Source: Alphaproteobacteria bacterium
GTDB lineage: Bacteria > Pseudomonadota > Alphaproteobacteria > CALKHQ01
DNA: 64,000 nucleotides
Assembly: GCA_965227515.1 (NCBI GenBank)
Contig: CBDDFZ010000002.1
Span: forward strand, 992,001-1,056,000
Reading direction: 5' to 3'
The notes under the pieces were generated by a model. The model was not told the DNA's origin. It ran no database searches and worked only from the letters and a program-made list of their open reading frames with translations. Every line of letters begins with the position of its first letter. Within the stretch, counting starts at the first letter, position 1. Made by a program: the position numbers and the translations under genes. Below, one piece after another: positions 50,967 through 61,162 of this stretch.

Positions 50967-51536
50967 ATGCGCGGCTATTTCGGTATCGGCGTCGAGGGCA
51001 TATCGAAGGCGATGAACGTCGGCGCGCTGATGCGCACCACCCATGCGTTCGGCGGCAGCTTCTTTTTCACCGTGGGCGCCGTCTACCAGCGCGCCCAGGC
51101 CAACAACGCCGATACCTCGAAAGCCAACACCAACCTGCCGACCTATGACTTCGCCAACATCGACGAGCTCAAGCTGCCGCAGGAATGTGCGCTGGTCGGC
51201 GTTGAGTTGACCGACGATGCCGTCGACCTGCCGAGTTTCCATCACCCGCGCGCCGCGGCCTATGTGATGGGGCCGGAGCGTGGTTCGCTGTCGCCGGAAC
51301 TGACCGGCCTGTGCGACCACGTGGTCAAGATCCCGACGCGGTTCTGCGTCAATGTCGGGCTGGCTGGCGCCATCGTGATGTACGACCGCACGATCTCGCT
51401 CGGCCGCTTCGCGCGCCGGCCGATGCGCCCCGGCGGGCCGACCGAGCCGCTGCCGGAGCACAAGTTCGGCGACCCGGTGTGGGTGCGCAAGCGCGCCCGC
51501 CGTGCGGAAGCCGACAGCGACGGCCGCGAAGCATAG
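50967..51536 (+). CDS. SpoU/TrmH family RNA methyltransferase
   Basis: NVGALMRT, GVEL, MGPERGSL, CVNVGLAGAIVMYDR SPOUT motifs. Confidence 0.9.
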   Translation: MRGYFGIGVEGISKAMNVGALMRTTHAFGGSFFFTVGAVYQRAQANNADTSKANTNLPTYDFANIDELKLPQECALVGVELTDDAVDLPSFHHPRAAAYVMGPERGSLSPELTGLCDHVVKIPTRFCVNVGLAGAIVMYDRTISLGRFARRPMRPGGPTEPLPEHKFGDPVWVRKRARRAEADSDGREA

Positions 51537-51706
51537 ATGGCGCGCCAAATTTTGGCCCGAATTCCCCGATTAACCTGCGCCGGTGCCCGATCCGGCCCCG
51601 CGCACGCCCTTTCGGCTTTGCGAACAGGGCTGTTGGCCTGGGGGCCGGATTGCGGTAACCGTAACGACGGTTAACGAACACGAACTGACTCGGTGTTGGA
51701 TTGACG

Positions 51707-52255
51707 ATGAGGATTCTGATCGGTCTCGGGCAGATGATGGGGCGCGTCGGGTATGCAAGCCGGGCGGGTCTGTTGGGGCTCGTGGGGCTTGTCTGCCTTC
51801 CGGCGGCGGTGTCGGCGCAGGACCTGCTGGGCGAGTACACGGACTGGCGCGCCTGGCGCTACGAGGAAAACGGCGGTCTGATGTGCTTCATGATGTCGGA
51901 GGCGCAGCAACGGGTGGCCGGGCCCTCCGGCGACGCGGGCCGCATCTACGTTACCCACCGCACCTGGCATGACGAGGTCGGGATTGTCAGCGTCAATCCG
52001 GGCGTGCCGTTGCAGGACGAGGAGCGGTTCGCGGCGCAGATCGGCAACAACGAGTTCGGGATGGAGTCGTTCGGCACCAGCCAAGCCTGGCCCTACCAGG
52101 GCCGCGAGTCCGACTTGGTGAATGCGATGATCTCGGGAATCGAGTTGCGGTTCACCGGCCAGACGTCCTCGGGCGACACCATCACCGACGTGTTCTCGCT
52201 GCGCGGATTCACCGCCGCCTATCGCGAGATCAGCCGCGCCTGCAACGTGAACTGA
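51707..52255 (+). CDS. invasion associated locus B (IalB) family protein
   Basis: Signal peptide, LGEY.DW, CFM, D.FSL.GFTAA..I..AC; start uncertain. Confidence 0.75.
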   Translation: MRILIGLGQMMGRVGYASRAGLLGLVGLVCLPAAVSAQDLLGEYTDWRAWRYEENGGLMCFMMSEAQQRVAGPSGDAGRIYVTHRTWHDEVGIVSVNPGVPLQDEERFAAQIGNNEFGMESFGTSQAWPYQGRESDLVNAMISGIELRFTGQTSSGDTITDVFSLRGFTAAYREISRACNVN

Positions 52256-52270
52256 GTTCAAACTCTCATC

Positions 52271-52355
52271 GTCATGGTCGGGCTTTTCCCGACCATCCAC
52301 GACTTTCATCAGCAATTGCCAAGACGTGGATGCCCGCAACAAGTGCGGGCATGAC
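52271..52355. repeat. GTCATG-type palindromic interspersed element
   Basis: Arms nearly identical to 47764-47850 with a different spacer; lies between convergent genes. Confidence 0.85.
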
Positions 52356-52434
52356 GATAGTGGTTGGATGCAACCAACTGTGTTGATGACTGCAATATTT
52401 GAGCTTGCAGGACTAGCGACCAGCACTCGATGCC

Positions 52435-53220
52435 TCAATCCTTCGCCGGCAGGCCCTTCAGCATCTCCAGCCCGTTACCGTAGGCGACTTTCAGCGCCGC
52501 CACGTCGGTGGCGTAGCCCAGCGCGCGGAAACCGCGGCGGGCCATCTTCTCCATGAACGCGGGATTGACGTCCAGGATGCCGGCAGGCTTGCCGGCGGCC
52601 TCGCACGCGGCGGCCAGCTTGTCGGTCGCGGCCCAGAAGTCCGGGTGGTCGAACTGGGCGGTGATGCCGAGGTCGTTAGACAGGTCGAAATGGCCCAGCC
52701 AGCCGATGTCGACGCCGGGGGTGCCGACGATGGCATCGGCGTTCTCGATGCCTTTCACGGTTTCGATCAGGCAGATCACCACGTTGTCGGCATTGGCCTG
52801 CGCCATGGTGTCGTTCGGCGTGCCACGGCCATAGCCGTCGTGGGAGATGCCGAATGCCAGGCCGCGCTTGCCCTCCGGCCGGTAGCGCACGGCGTCGACC
52901 AGCGCCTTGGCCTGCTCCGGCGTTTCCACCATCGGCACCATGATGCCCTGGGCGCCCGCGTCCATCATCGGCGCCACCGTGCTGTAGTGGCCGTCGGGTA
53001 CGCGCACATAGACCTCGATATCGAGGCCGCGCGCGTACGCGATCTGCTGCTTCATGGTGTCGATGCCGACGCCGCTGTGCTCGGTGTCCATGATCACGAA
53101 GTCATAGCCCAGCACATCCAGGATCGCCGCGATGCCCGGCGTGAAAAGCTCGAAGATCATGGTGCCGTGGCAGCGCTCCCCGGCGGCGAGGCGGCTGCGG
53201 ACGGATGGCTTGGCGGACAT
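52435..53220 (-). CDS. HpcH/HpaI aldolase family protein
   Basis: DTEHS, VRVP, DAGAQGIMVPMV, LIET, G.FDLS. Confidence 0.9.
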   Translation of the reverse strand: MSAKPSVRSRLAAGERCHGTMIFELFTPGIAAILDVLGYDFVIMDTEHSGVGIDTMKQQIAYARGLDIEVYVRVPDGHYSTVAPMMDAGAQGIMVPMVETPEQAKALVDAVRYRPEGKRGLAFGISHDGYGRGTPNDTMAQANADNVVICLIETVKGIENADAIVGTPGVDIGWLGHFDLSNDLGITAQFDHPDFWAATDKLAAACEAAGKPAGILDVNPAFMEKMARRGFRALGYATDVAALKVAYGNGLEMLKGLPAKD

Positions 53221-53452
53221 GGCATTTCCTCCCGGTCGATTGTTCGTGTGACGGCCAACACAGCGGTTGCCGCAGGGCTGCCGTATTCGGGCCGACATAT
53301 TGGCTCCCGGACGGCGCGGGTGCGCCGCTGGGGCTGGTCAGAGAACATGCATGATCGGGTGCTTGGAGGCATCCGGCAACACTTGCGGTCCGATCTCTAA
53401 GTGCGCATCATGTCGCCAAGTGATTGCGGCCGCCCCTAGGAGGAATCAAGAC

Positions 53453-53947
53453 ATGCCCAAACATGCCCAAGGTCAACTCCGGTATCGGGGGCTTGGCGCC
53501 CGTGCGGTGGCCGTCATGTGTACCATCGTCATGACAGGCGTCATGGCGTTGGCCGGAGCCTCGGCCCAGGCCAGCGAGCCGTCCGCCGTGGCGCTGGAAG
53601 CGATCCAACTGGCGCAGGCACAGAACTGCACGTACGAGGACCGGCCGGTCTACACTCCGATGGTCTCGACCTTCATGCTCACCGGGTCGGAGACGCTGGG
53701 GCCGGACAAGGAAAACCTGGCCTGTGACATCCTGGAGAACCGCCTGCTGAACCAGGGCGAGCAGCGCTGCGCCAACAGCTATGGCCGCGAGGACCTGTTC
53801 CGCAATGTCGCGTTCGTGGCGCCGAGCATCACCCGTGGCGACTGCAACTGCAATTCCAGCAGCCGCGACACCCGTTGCACGATCAGCGTCGAAGCGGCGT
53901 GCACGTACGAATCGGTCTCCATCCAGTCGGTGCAAATCTGCAATTGA
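53453..53947 (+). CDS. secreted Cys-rich hypothetical protein
   Basis: AGGAGG RBS, signal peptide ending AQA, eight Cys in the predicted mature part. Confidence 0.65.
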   Translation: MPKHAQGQLRYRGLGARAVAVMCTIVMTGVMALAGASAQASEPSAVALEAIQLAQAQNCTYEDRPVYTPMVSTFMLTGSETLGPDKENLACDILENRLLNQGEQRCANSYGREDLFRNVAFVAPSITRGDCNCNSSSRDTRCTISVEAACTYESVSIQSVQICN

Positions 53948-53991
53948 GCACGGTTTGCCGGCTCGGAGCTTCGGGTAAGGCGGGCGGCTGA

Positions 53992-54741
53992 ATGGCCGCC
54001 CGTCCCCTTGTTGCGGTTACCGCCGACCTGAAGGGCGACAGCAACCCCGCCCACACCACCGCCGACAAATATGTTCGCCCGGTTGCCGAGATATCGGGCT
54101 GCGTGCCGGTCGTGGTGCCGGCGCTTGGCGAGGCGATGGACATCGCCAGCCTGTTGGACGCGGTAGCCGGCGTCGTCATCACCGGCGCGATATCCAATGT
54201 CTATCCCCCGCTGTACGGCAATGAAGCGACCGAGGCCGCCGGCCCATACGACATGGCGCGCGATGCGACCTCGCTGCCGCTGATCGAGGCGGCGTTGGCC
54301 CGTGGCAAGCCTCTGTTTGCGATCTGCCGCGGTTTCCAGGAGCTCAACGTTACCCTGGGCGGCAGCCTGCATGCGGCCTTGCACGAGTTGCCGGGGCGGC
54401 TGGACCATCGGGTGCCGCAAGGCGACGACATGGACGTGAAATATGCGCCGCAGCACGGCGTGACGTTGCAGAACGGCGGCGCGCTGGCCGCCATCGTCGG
54501 CGAAACGACGTTTGCCACCAACTCCCTCCACCGCCAGGGCATCGACCGGCTGGCGGATCGTCTGATCCTGGAAGGCACGGCCGAGGATGGGACGATAGAG
54601 GCGGTCCAGGTGCGCGATGCCAGGGCCTTCGCCTTCGGCGTGCAGTGGCACCCGGAGTACAAGGCGGCCGAGAACCCGGTCTCGGCGAAGCTCTATCAGG
54701 CTTACGGGCAGGCGGCGCGCAAGGCAGCAGGGACCAGCTAG
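53992..54741 (+). CDS. gamma-glutamyl-gamma-aminobutyrate hydrolase family (peptidase C26, PuuD-like)
   Basis: AICRGFQELNV, NSLHRQG, GVQWHPE. Confidence 0.9.
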   Translation: MAARPLVAVTADLKGDSNPAHTTADKYVRPVAEISGCVPVVVPALGEAMDIASLLDAVAGVVITGAISNVYPPLYGNEATEAAGPYDMARDATSLPLIEAALARGKPLFAICRGFQELNVTLGGSLHAALHELPGRLDHRVPQGDDMDVKYAPQHGVTLQNGGALAAIVGETTFATNSLHRQGIDRLADRLILEGTAEDGTIEAVQVRDARAFAFGVQWHPEYKAAENPVSAKLYQAYGQAARKAAGTS

Positions 54742-54771
54742 CGCCGCGCTTTTCGTTGCCAGCAGGGCCGG

Positions 54772-56763
54772 TCAGGCCACCCGCCGTTGTGCGTCTCGCG
54801 CCGCCGGCAGCTCCGCGGCGGTGCCGGGCTCGTTGGCCCGCATTCCTGGCTGCTGTTCCCGAGTACTCAGGTCTGCGGGCGGCGTAATCGGCAGCGTCAC
54901 CGTCACGGTAGTGCCGACATTCTTGGTGCTGGCGATGCCGATGGTGCCGCCATGCTGTTCGATCAGCGATTTGGTGATCGCAAGCCCCAGCCCGGCGCCG
55001 CCCTTGCTGCCGGCGTAGGTCGCTGCCTCCTGATGGAAGGGCTGCAACACGGTCGCGAGTTGCTCCTTGGCGATGCCCACCCCACTGTCGCTGACCGCCA
55101 CGACGAAGGCTTCGGTCTTCTCGTCCGGATAGACGGAGATATGCACCGTGGTCATCTCGTGCGCGAACTTGACCGCGTTCGAGCACAGATTGGCGAACAC
55201 CTGGCGCAGCGCCACCGGGTCGGCGCTGATCTTGGCGTCCGGCGGCATGCTGACGTCGAACGTCAGGCCGCGCTGCTCCGCCTGGAAGGTGACGAAGCGC
55301 ACCGCATCGGTGATGACGTCGGCCAGGTCCACCTCCTCGACGCTGATGTCGTGGTGCCCCGCCTCGATCTTCGAGAACTCCAGCACATCGTTGATGATGC
55401 CGAGGAGCTGGCGGCCGCTCTGGTTGATGGCGTCTGCGTACTCGGCGACGTGCGGCTCGGCGGAAGGTTTCAGGTTCAACAGGTCCGAGAACCCGATGAT
55501 GGCGTTCAGCGGGGTGCGCAGTTCGTGGCTCATGTTGGCCAGGAACATCGACTTCGCCTCGCTCGCCGCCTCGGCCTTCGCCGCCAGAAGGCGCTGGCTC
55601 TCGCTTTCCTCGCGCAGCCGGCCTTCGCGCGCCTCGATGCCGTCGACGAAATAGCCGTGCGCGCGGCACATCTGCGAGACTTCGTCATGGCCGGCATCGT
55701 CCACCCGTGTCAGGCTGCCGACCACGCCGTTGCGCATGGCCTGCTGCAGTTTTTTCAGCCGGCCGATCACGTTGCGGTTGAAATAGATCAGGCCCATGAC
55801 GGCGGACAGCACGGTCATGGCGGCCAGCGCCAGGAACAGGTTGACGCTGTTTTCGGTGCGATCGAAGAACAGTTGATTCTGGGCTTGCGTCGATGCGGCG
55901 ACATGCCGGAACAGCTTGCCCGTCGCTTCCATGAAGTATCCGGATGTGCGCTCGATCCGATCCAGGTGGTAGCCGAGTTCGTCGTTCACCTCGGCCTGCC
56001 GGGATGCCAGCGCGATCAGCCCGGTGAACGGGTCGATCGCGGCGCGGAACAGTTCCATCTCATGTTCCAACGCGACGCGGTCGGCTGTCGGCAATGTGAA
56101 ATAGACGATGTTCAGCGCGTCGGCACGCGCAGCAAGGTCCCGGCGCGTCGCGACATTGGGCGCCAGGTCGCCGAGCGCCATCTGCACCATGATGTCGTCG
56201 ATCAACTCGTGGGTGTCCGAGTGCCATTGCCGCGCATCGAGCGACACGTCGCGATAGATATCGGACGTTATGTCGGCGTGATCGAGGGCGCGGTGCTGGG
56301 CACTGATGTCGCGCAATAGGCTCTCGAGCGCCTGGGTCAGCACGATCCTCTGGTCGGTCGCTTCGTGCAGTTCCTCGATATTCGTTTCCAGATAGCCCGC
56401 CAACTGCACCACCTGCTCGACGAGCCGCAATTGCTCGGCGTCGCCGGTGTGGCCGTGGGTTGCCTGGACATGGCGGGTGCCGGCGGTCAGTGTCTCCACC
56501 TGCAGGCTGACACGGCGCATGATCGCCTCGTGCTCGACGTGGTTGCTTTCCGCCACCAGGGCCGGCGCCATCGAGACGAGCTCGCCGACCTGACGCGCCA
56601 ATCCGACGGCGACAATGATGCCGGGGATGCGTTCTTCGGAGATCGAGGAAAAGCCGCGCCGGAAGTCGAACAGCAGGTAGACGCTGACCATGCAGACGAC
56701 GACGACACACAGCACGGGTGCTGCGATTGCGAACAGGAATTTGCCGGTTATGCCTAGCCGCAA
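54772..56763 (-). CDS. membrane sensor histidine kinase with large helical periplasmic domain
   Basis: Two TM helices, HAMP-like linker, FLANMSHELRTPLN, NAVKF, DSGVG, GAGLGL; no receiver domain. Confidence 0.9.
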   Translation of the reverse strand: MRLGITGKFLFAIAAPVLCVVVVCMVSVYLLFDFRRGFSSISEERIPGIIVAVGLARQVGELVSMAPALVAESNHVEHEAIMRRVSLQVETLTAGTRHVQATHGHTGDAEQLRLVEQVVQLAGYLETNIEELHEATDQRIVLTQALESLLRDISAQHRALDHADITSDIYRDVSLDARQWHSDTHELIDDIMVQMALGDLAPNVATRRDLAARADALNIVYFTLPTADRVALEHEMELFRAAIDPFTGLIALASRQAEVNDELGYHLDRIERTSGYFMEATGKLFRHVAASTQAQNQLFFDRTENSVNLFLALAAMTVLSAVMGLIYFNRNVIGRLKKLQQAMRNGVVGSLTRVDDAGHDEVSQMCRAHGYFVDGIEAREGRLREESESQRLLAAKAEAASEAKSMFLANMSHELRTPLNAIIGFSDLLNLKPSAEPHVAEYADAINQSGRQLLGIINDVLEFSKIEAGHHDISVEEVDLADVITDAVRFVTFQAEQRGLTFDVSMPPDAKISADPVALRQVFANLCSNAVKFAHEMTTVHISVYPDEKTEAFVVAVSDSGVGIAKEQLATVLQPFHQEAATYAGSKGGAGLGLAITKSLIEQHGGTIGIASTKNVGTTVTVTLPITPPADLSTREQQPGMRANEPGTAAELPAARDAQRRVA

Positions 56764-56942
56764 CGCTCGTCGTCCACTTCGGCGGCAGCTGCCATGCGCC
56801 CAGGTGGGCGCATGCGGTGCCGTAATGCCAAGCGCAGGTGCTGCCGATGTGGCGAGCCGGCGCCCGACGCGCAGGTTAGTTACGCAGCGTTAATGAGCGC
56901 TGAACTGCCGGCCTGGCGGGCGTCATACCGGTCGGCCTGGAG

Positions 56943-56972
56943 TTGACAGGGCGGCCCGATCCCGTGTATTGC
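56943..56972 (+). promoter_or_regulatory. sigma70 promoter of rpsD
   Basis: Perfect TTGACA (56943-56948) followed 17-18 bp later by GTATTG/TATTGC. Confidence 0.6.
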
Positions 56973-57121
56973 CGCGCCTTCATCCCGAAAACGAGGTTGC
57001 CGGAATGCGTGGCAACCCGTCCGTTCGCAAGCCGAATGCGTGCGAACGCGGCTGTTCGGGACAATCTTCGCCAATAACCGACGCCGTGCACCGTCACGGT
57101 AAAGCCGGAGAGACATCGACC

Positions 57122-57742
57122 ATGAGCAAGCGTGTAGGCTCGAAGTACAAGATCAACCGCCGCCTCGGCTGCAACCTTTGGGGGCGGCCGAAGAGCCCGT
57201 TCAACAAGCGCGAATACGGCCCCGGCCAGCACGGCCAGCGCCGCCGCAAGCCTTCCGATTTCGGCGTGCAGCTGATGGCCAAGCAGCGCCTGAAGGGCTA
57301 CTACGGCAACATCGGCGAGAAGCAGTTCCGCCGCTACTACCAGGAAGCCACCCGCCGCCGCGGCGACACCGGCGAGAACCTGATCGAGCTGTTGGAGCGC
57401 CGGCTGGACGCCGTGGTCTATCGCGCCAAGTTCGTGCCGACCGTGTTCGCCGCCCGCCAGTTCGTCAACCACGGCCACATCCGGGTCAACGGCAAGAAGG
57501 TGAACATCTCCTCCTACATGGTGCGCGACGGCGACACCATCGAGGTGAAGCAGAAGTCCCGCGAGCTGCCGTTGGTGATGGAAGCCATCGCCTCCACCGA
57601 GCGCGAGGTGCCGGACTATCTGAACGTCAACTTCGACAAGCTGACCTGCACCTATCTGCGCGGTCCGTCGTTCAACAGCCAGGACGTTCCCTATCCGGTG
57701 AAGATGGAACCGAATCTGGTCGTCGAGTTCTACTCGCGCTAA
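57122..57742 (+). CDS. rpsD: 30S ribosomal protein S4
   Basis: [37 protein letters not shown]. Confidence 0.97.
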   Translation: MSKRVGSKYKINRRLGCNLWGRPKSPFNKREYGPGQHGQRRRKPSDFGVQLMAKQRLKGYYGNIGEKQFRRYYQEATRRRGDTGENLIELLERRLDAVVYRAKFVPTVFAARQFVNHGHIRVNGKKVNISSYMVRDGDTIEVKQKSRELPLVMEAIASTEREVPDYLNVNFDKLTCTYLRGPSFNSQDVPYPVKMEPNLVVEFYSR

Positions 57743-57793
57743 CCTGATTGCGCCGGCGCATGGCGCGCCGGCCGGATATCAGGGGCGGCATCG

Positions 57794-58156
57794 ATGCGCA
57801 TCACCGCAACCCATTTCGTGCTGGCGGTGCCGGACGCGGACGCGACCGGTCGTTGGTGGGTGGACGTGATGGATTTCGCGCCGGTCGTGTCGCCGGACGG
57901 GTGGAAATTCGTCCGGCGCGACAACAGCATGATCATGCTGGGCACCTGCCCGGATGCGATGCCGCCGGCCGACCTGGGCGACCACAGCTATTTCGCCTAC
58001 TTCGTCGTCGAGGACCTGGACGACTATCACCAAGAGATCGCCGCACGCGGCGCCAATGTGCTGAAGCCGCCGACCGACAAGGACTGGGGCATGCGCGAGA
58101 TGGCGGTGCGGTCGCCCGACGGGCATCGCATGCTGTTCGGCGAGGAGCTCGACTGA
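57794..58156 (+). CDS. VOC / glyoxalase family protein
   Basis: LAVPD, WGMREM.V.SPDGH motifs. Confidence 0.85.
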   Translation: MRITATHFVLAVPDADATGRWWVDVMDFAPVVSPDGWKFVRRDNSMIMLGTCPDAMPPADLGDHSYFAYFVVEDLDDYHQEIAARGANVLKPPTDKDWGMREMAVRSPDGHRMLFGEELD

Positions 58157-58189
58157 TGGCGGCGGGCCCGGTGGCATGAAAGACGCGCC

Positions 58190-59794
58190 GTGAACGACTT
58201 GGGCCGCTACGACTACGTCATCGTCGGTGCCGGCTCGGCCGGCTGCGTGCTGGCCAACCGCCTGAGCGCGGACCCCTCCAAGAAAGTGCTGCTGCTGGAG
58301 GCGGGCGGCCGCGACAACTACATCTGGATCCACATTCCCGTCGGTTACCTCTACTGCATGGGCAACCCGCGCACCGACTGGGGGTTCAAGACGGTGGAGG
58401 AACCCGGCTTGAACGGGCGCGCGCTCAACTACCCGCGCGGCCGGGTGCTGGGCGGCTGCTCGTCGATCAACGGCATGATCTACATGCGCGGCCAGGCCCG
58501 CGATTACGATGGCTGGCGCCAAATGGGCAACACCGGCTGGGGGTGGGACGATGTGCTGCCCTACTTCCTGAAGTCGGAGGACTATGTGGCCGACGACCTG
58601 CCGGGCCATGGCCGCGGCGGCGAGTGGCGGGTCGACAACCAGCGCCTGAGCTGGGAGATCCTGGACGCGTTCCGCGACGCGGCGGCCGAGGTCGGCATCC
58701 CGAAGATCGACGACTTCAACCAGGGCGACAATTTCGGCGTCTCCTACTTCAAGGTGAACCAGAAGGGCGGCATCCGGGTCACCATGGCCGGGGCCTTCCT
58801 GAAGCCGGTGACCGGTCGCGCGAACCTGCGGGTGGTGACCAAAGCGCAGGCCAGGCGCATCCTGTTCGACGGTGCGCGCGCGACCGGGCTGGAGCTGACC
58901 GTCGACGGCGAGTCCGCGCGGGTGGCGGCGGACGGCGAGGTCATCCTAGCCGCCGGCGCTATCGGCTCCCCGCACTTGATGCAGGTCTCCGGCGTCGGCC
59001 CGGCCGAGGTGCTGCGCGCCAACGGCATCGAGGTGGTGCACGACATCCCCGGCGTTGGCGAGAACCTGCAGGACCACCTGCAGATGCGCGCGATCTACAA
59101 GGTGGAGGGCACCACGACCCTCAACCAGCGCGCCGGCAACCTGATCGGCAAGGCCGGGATCGCGCTGGAATACGCGATGTTCCGGCGCGGGCCGATGAGC
59201 ATGGCGCCCAGCCAGCTCGGCGCGTTCGCCTATTCCGACCAGGCGTTCGATACCGCCAATCTGCAGTATCACGTGCAGCCGCTGTCGCTCGACAAGTTCG
59301 GCGAGCCGCTGCACGACTTCCCGGCGTTTACCGCCAGCGTGTGCAATCTGAGGCCGGAGAGCCGGGGCAGCGTGCGCGCCACCGGGCCGAACCCGATGGC
59401 CCACCCCGAGATCAAGCCGAACTATCTGAGCGCGCCCGCCGACCGCAAGGTGGCGGCGGACGCGATCCGGCTGACCCGGCGCATCGTCGCCGCCAAGCCG
59501 CTCGCCCGCTTCCATCCCAGCGAGTACCTGCCGGGCGACGACATCGACAGCGACGAGGAATTGGCCCGCGCAGCCGGCGACATCGGCACCACCATCTTCC
59601 ATCCCGTGGGCACCGCGAAGATGGGGACCGACCCGATGGCGGTGGTCGACCCGACCCTGAAGGTCCGTGGGCTGGAGGGCCTGCGCGTCATCGATGCCTC
59701 GGTAATGCCGACCATCACGTCGGGCAACACCAACGCGCCGACGGTGATGATCGCCGAAAAGGGTGCCGAGATGGTGCTGGCCGACGCGCGCTGA
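58190..59794 (+). CDS. GMC family oxidoreductase (choline dehydrogenase-like)
   Basis: GAGSAG, LGGCSSING, GENLQDH, FHPVGT, SGNTNAP. Confidence 0.93.
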   Translation: MNDLGRYDYVIVGAGSAGCVLANRLSADPSKKVLLLEAGGRDNYIWIHIPVGYLYCMGNPRTDWGFKTVEEPGLNGRALNYPRGRVLGGCSSINGMIYMRGQARDYDGWRQMGNTGWGWDDVLPYFLKSEDYVADDLPGHGRGGEWRVDNQRLSWEILDAFRDAAAEVGIPKIDDFNQGDNFGVSYFKVNQKGGIRVTMAGAFLKPVTGRANLRVVTKAQARRILFDGARATGLELTVDGESARVAADGEVILAAGAIGSPHLMQVSGVGPAEVLRANGIEVVHDIPGVGENLQDHLQMRAIYKVEGTTTLNQRAGNLIGKAGIALEYAMFRRGPMSMAPSQLGAFAYSDQAFDTANLQYHVQPLSLDKFGEPLHDFPAFTASVCNLRPESRGSVRATGPNPMAHPEIKPNYLSAPADRKVAADAIRLTRRIVAAKPLARFHPSEYLPGDDIDSDEELARAAGDIGTTIFHPVGTAKMGTDPMAVVDPTLKVRGLEGLRVIDASVMPTITSGNTNAPTVMIAEKGAEMVLADAR

Positions 59795-59903
59795 GGCGGC
59801 CCGTTACCTCTGCGAATTGAACCGAGACTGATCTCCCCGCGACCAAGACCGGGAAGCCGGGCGTGCAGCCGACCCGGCGCCATCGGCATTGGGGGAGACG
59901 CAC

Positions 59904-61130
59904 ATGCCCATCATCCTGAACTTCAGCACGGTCGTGACCTGGTACACCAAGGTCGATTTCGGCACCGCCGGCGATGACCTGGTCTTCGGCTCGAACGGGC
60001 ATGACTACCTCTCCTGTGGCGACGGCGACGACAGCCTGGTGGGTCTCGACGGCAACGATCGCCTCCATGGCGGCAATGGCAACGACCTGCTGAACGGCAA
60101 TTCCGGCCACAACGTGCTTTACGGCGGTGCGGGCGACGACACGCTCTATGTCGGCGATGACGGCAGCACCGGCTATGGCGGGACCGGCAACGACCATGTG
60201 AATGGCGGCGCCGGCAACGACTACCTGGATGGCGGCGATGGCAACGACTACGTCTGGGGCAATGACGGCGACGACCTGATGTTCGGCGGTGCCGGCAACG
60301 ACTATATGGACGGCGGCGCCGGCGATGACGAAATCCATGGCGGCGACGGCATCGACAACCTCTATGGCCAGGACGGCAACGACATCCTGATCGGCGGCGC
60401 CGGCAACGACAATTTCTGGGGCCATGCCGGCGACGACCAGATCTTCGGCGGCTATGGCGACGACCATATCGTTAGCGACGGGTCGATCTACGTCGTCATC
60501 GATGGGGTCACCACGCTGTTGGAGACCGCGGGCAACGACATCGTCTTTGCCGGCGACGGCAACGACTACGTCTATGGCGGGCTTGGCGACGACTGGATCG
60601 ACGGCGGCGCGGGCGCCGACATGATCCTGGGCGCGGGGGGCGAGGACACCGTGTCCTATCAGTCGTCCGAAACCGGGGTGGAGATCCACCTGGCGCTGAA
60701 CGAGAACGAGGTCTGCTTCACACAGCAGGGCGGTGGCGCTGCGGAGGGCGACCTGCTGGCCGATATCGAAAACGTCGAAGGCTCGAACGCCGACGACAGG
60801 ATCGTCGGCGACGCCCTGAACAACACCCTGTGGGGCATGGACGGCGACGACATCCTGAACGGCGGCGAGGGCGACGACGTGCTGGAAGGCGGCGCCGGCA
60901 ACGACCTGTTCGTCATCGGCAGCGCTACCGGGTCGACCCGGATCACCGACTTCGTGGCCAGTGGCGGCGCCGAAGACGTGCTGGATTTCACCGCCTACAA
61001 CATCGGCCACGACGACCTGACCATCGTCAGCACCATGAGCGGGACGACGATCTACGTGCCCGGCGGCGAAACGGTGATCCTGGACGGCGTCAATGCCGCC
61101 GCCCTCGACGCCGACGACTTCCTGTTCTGA
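59904..61130 (+). CDS. RTX (hemolysin-type Ca-binding repeat) secreted protein
   Basis: Many GGxGNDxL nonapeptide repeats; C-terminal DF...LDADDFLF type I secretion-like signal. Confidence 0.92.
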   Translation: MPIILNFSTVVTWYTKVDFGTAGDDLVFGSNGHDYLSCGDGDDSLVGLDGNDRLHGGNGNDLLNGNSGHNVLYGGAGDDTLYVGDDGSTGYGGTGNDHVNGGAGNDYLDGGDGNDYVWGNDGDDLMFGGAGNDYMDGGAGDDEIHGGDGIDNLYGQDGNDILIGGAGNDNFWGHAGDDQIFGGYGDDHIVSDGSIYVVIDGVTTLLETAGNDIVFAGDGNDYVYGGLGDDWIDGGAGADMILGAGGEDTVSYQSSETGVEIHLALNENEVCFTQQGGGAAEGDLLADIENVEGSNADDRIVGDALNNTLWGMDGDDILNGGEGDDVLEGGAGNDLFVIGSATGSTRITDFVASGGAEDVLDFTAYNIGHDDLTIVSTMSGTTIYVPGGETVILDGVNAAALDADDFLF

Positions 61131-61162
61131 GGCGGCTCGCCATCCCCCTGGGGTGCGTTCAC

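Noticed and set aside
51661-51674. GTAA-N6-TTAA as a CtrA box upstream of the IalB gene
   Set aside because: Spacing is 6, not the required 7; at most a half site.
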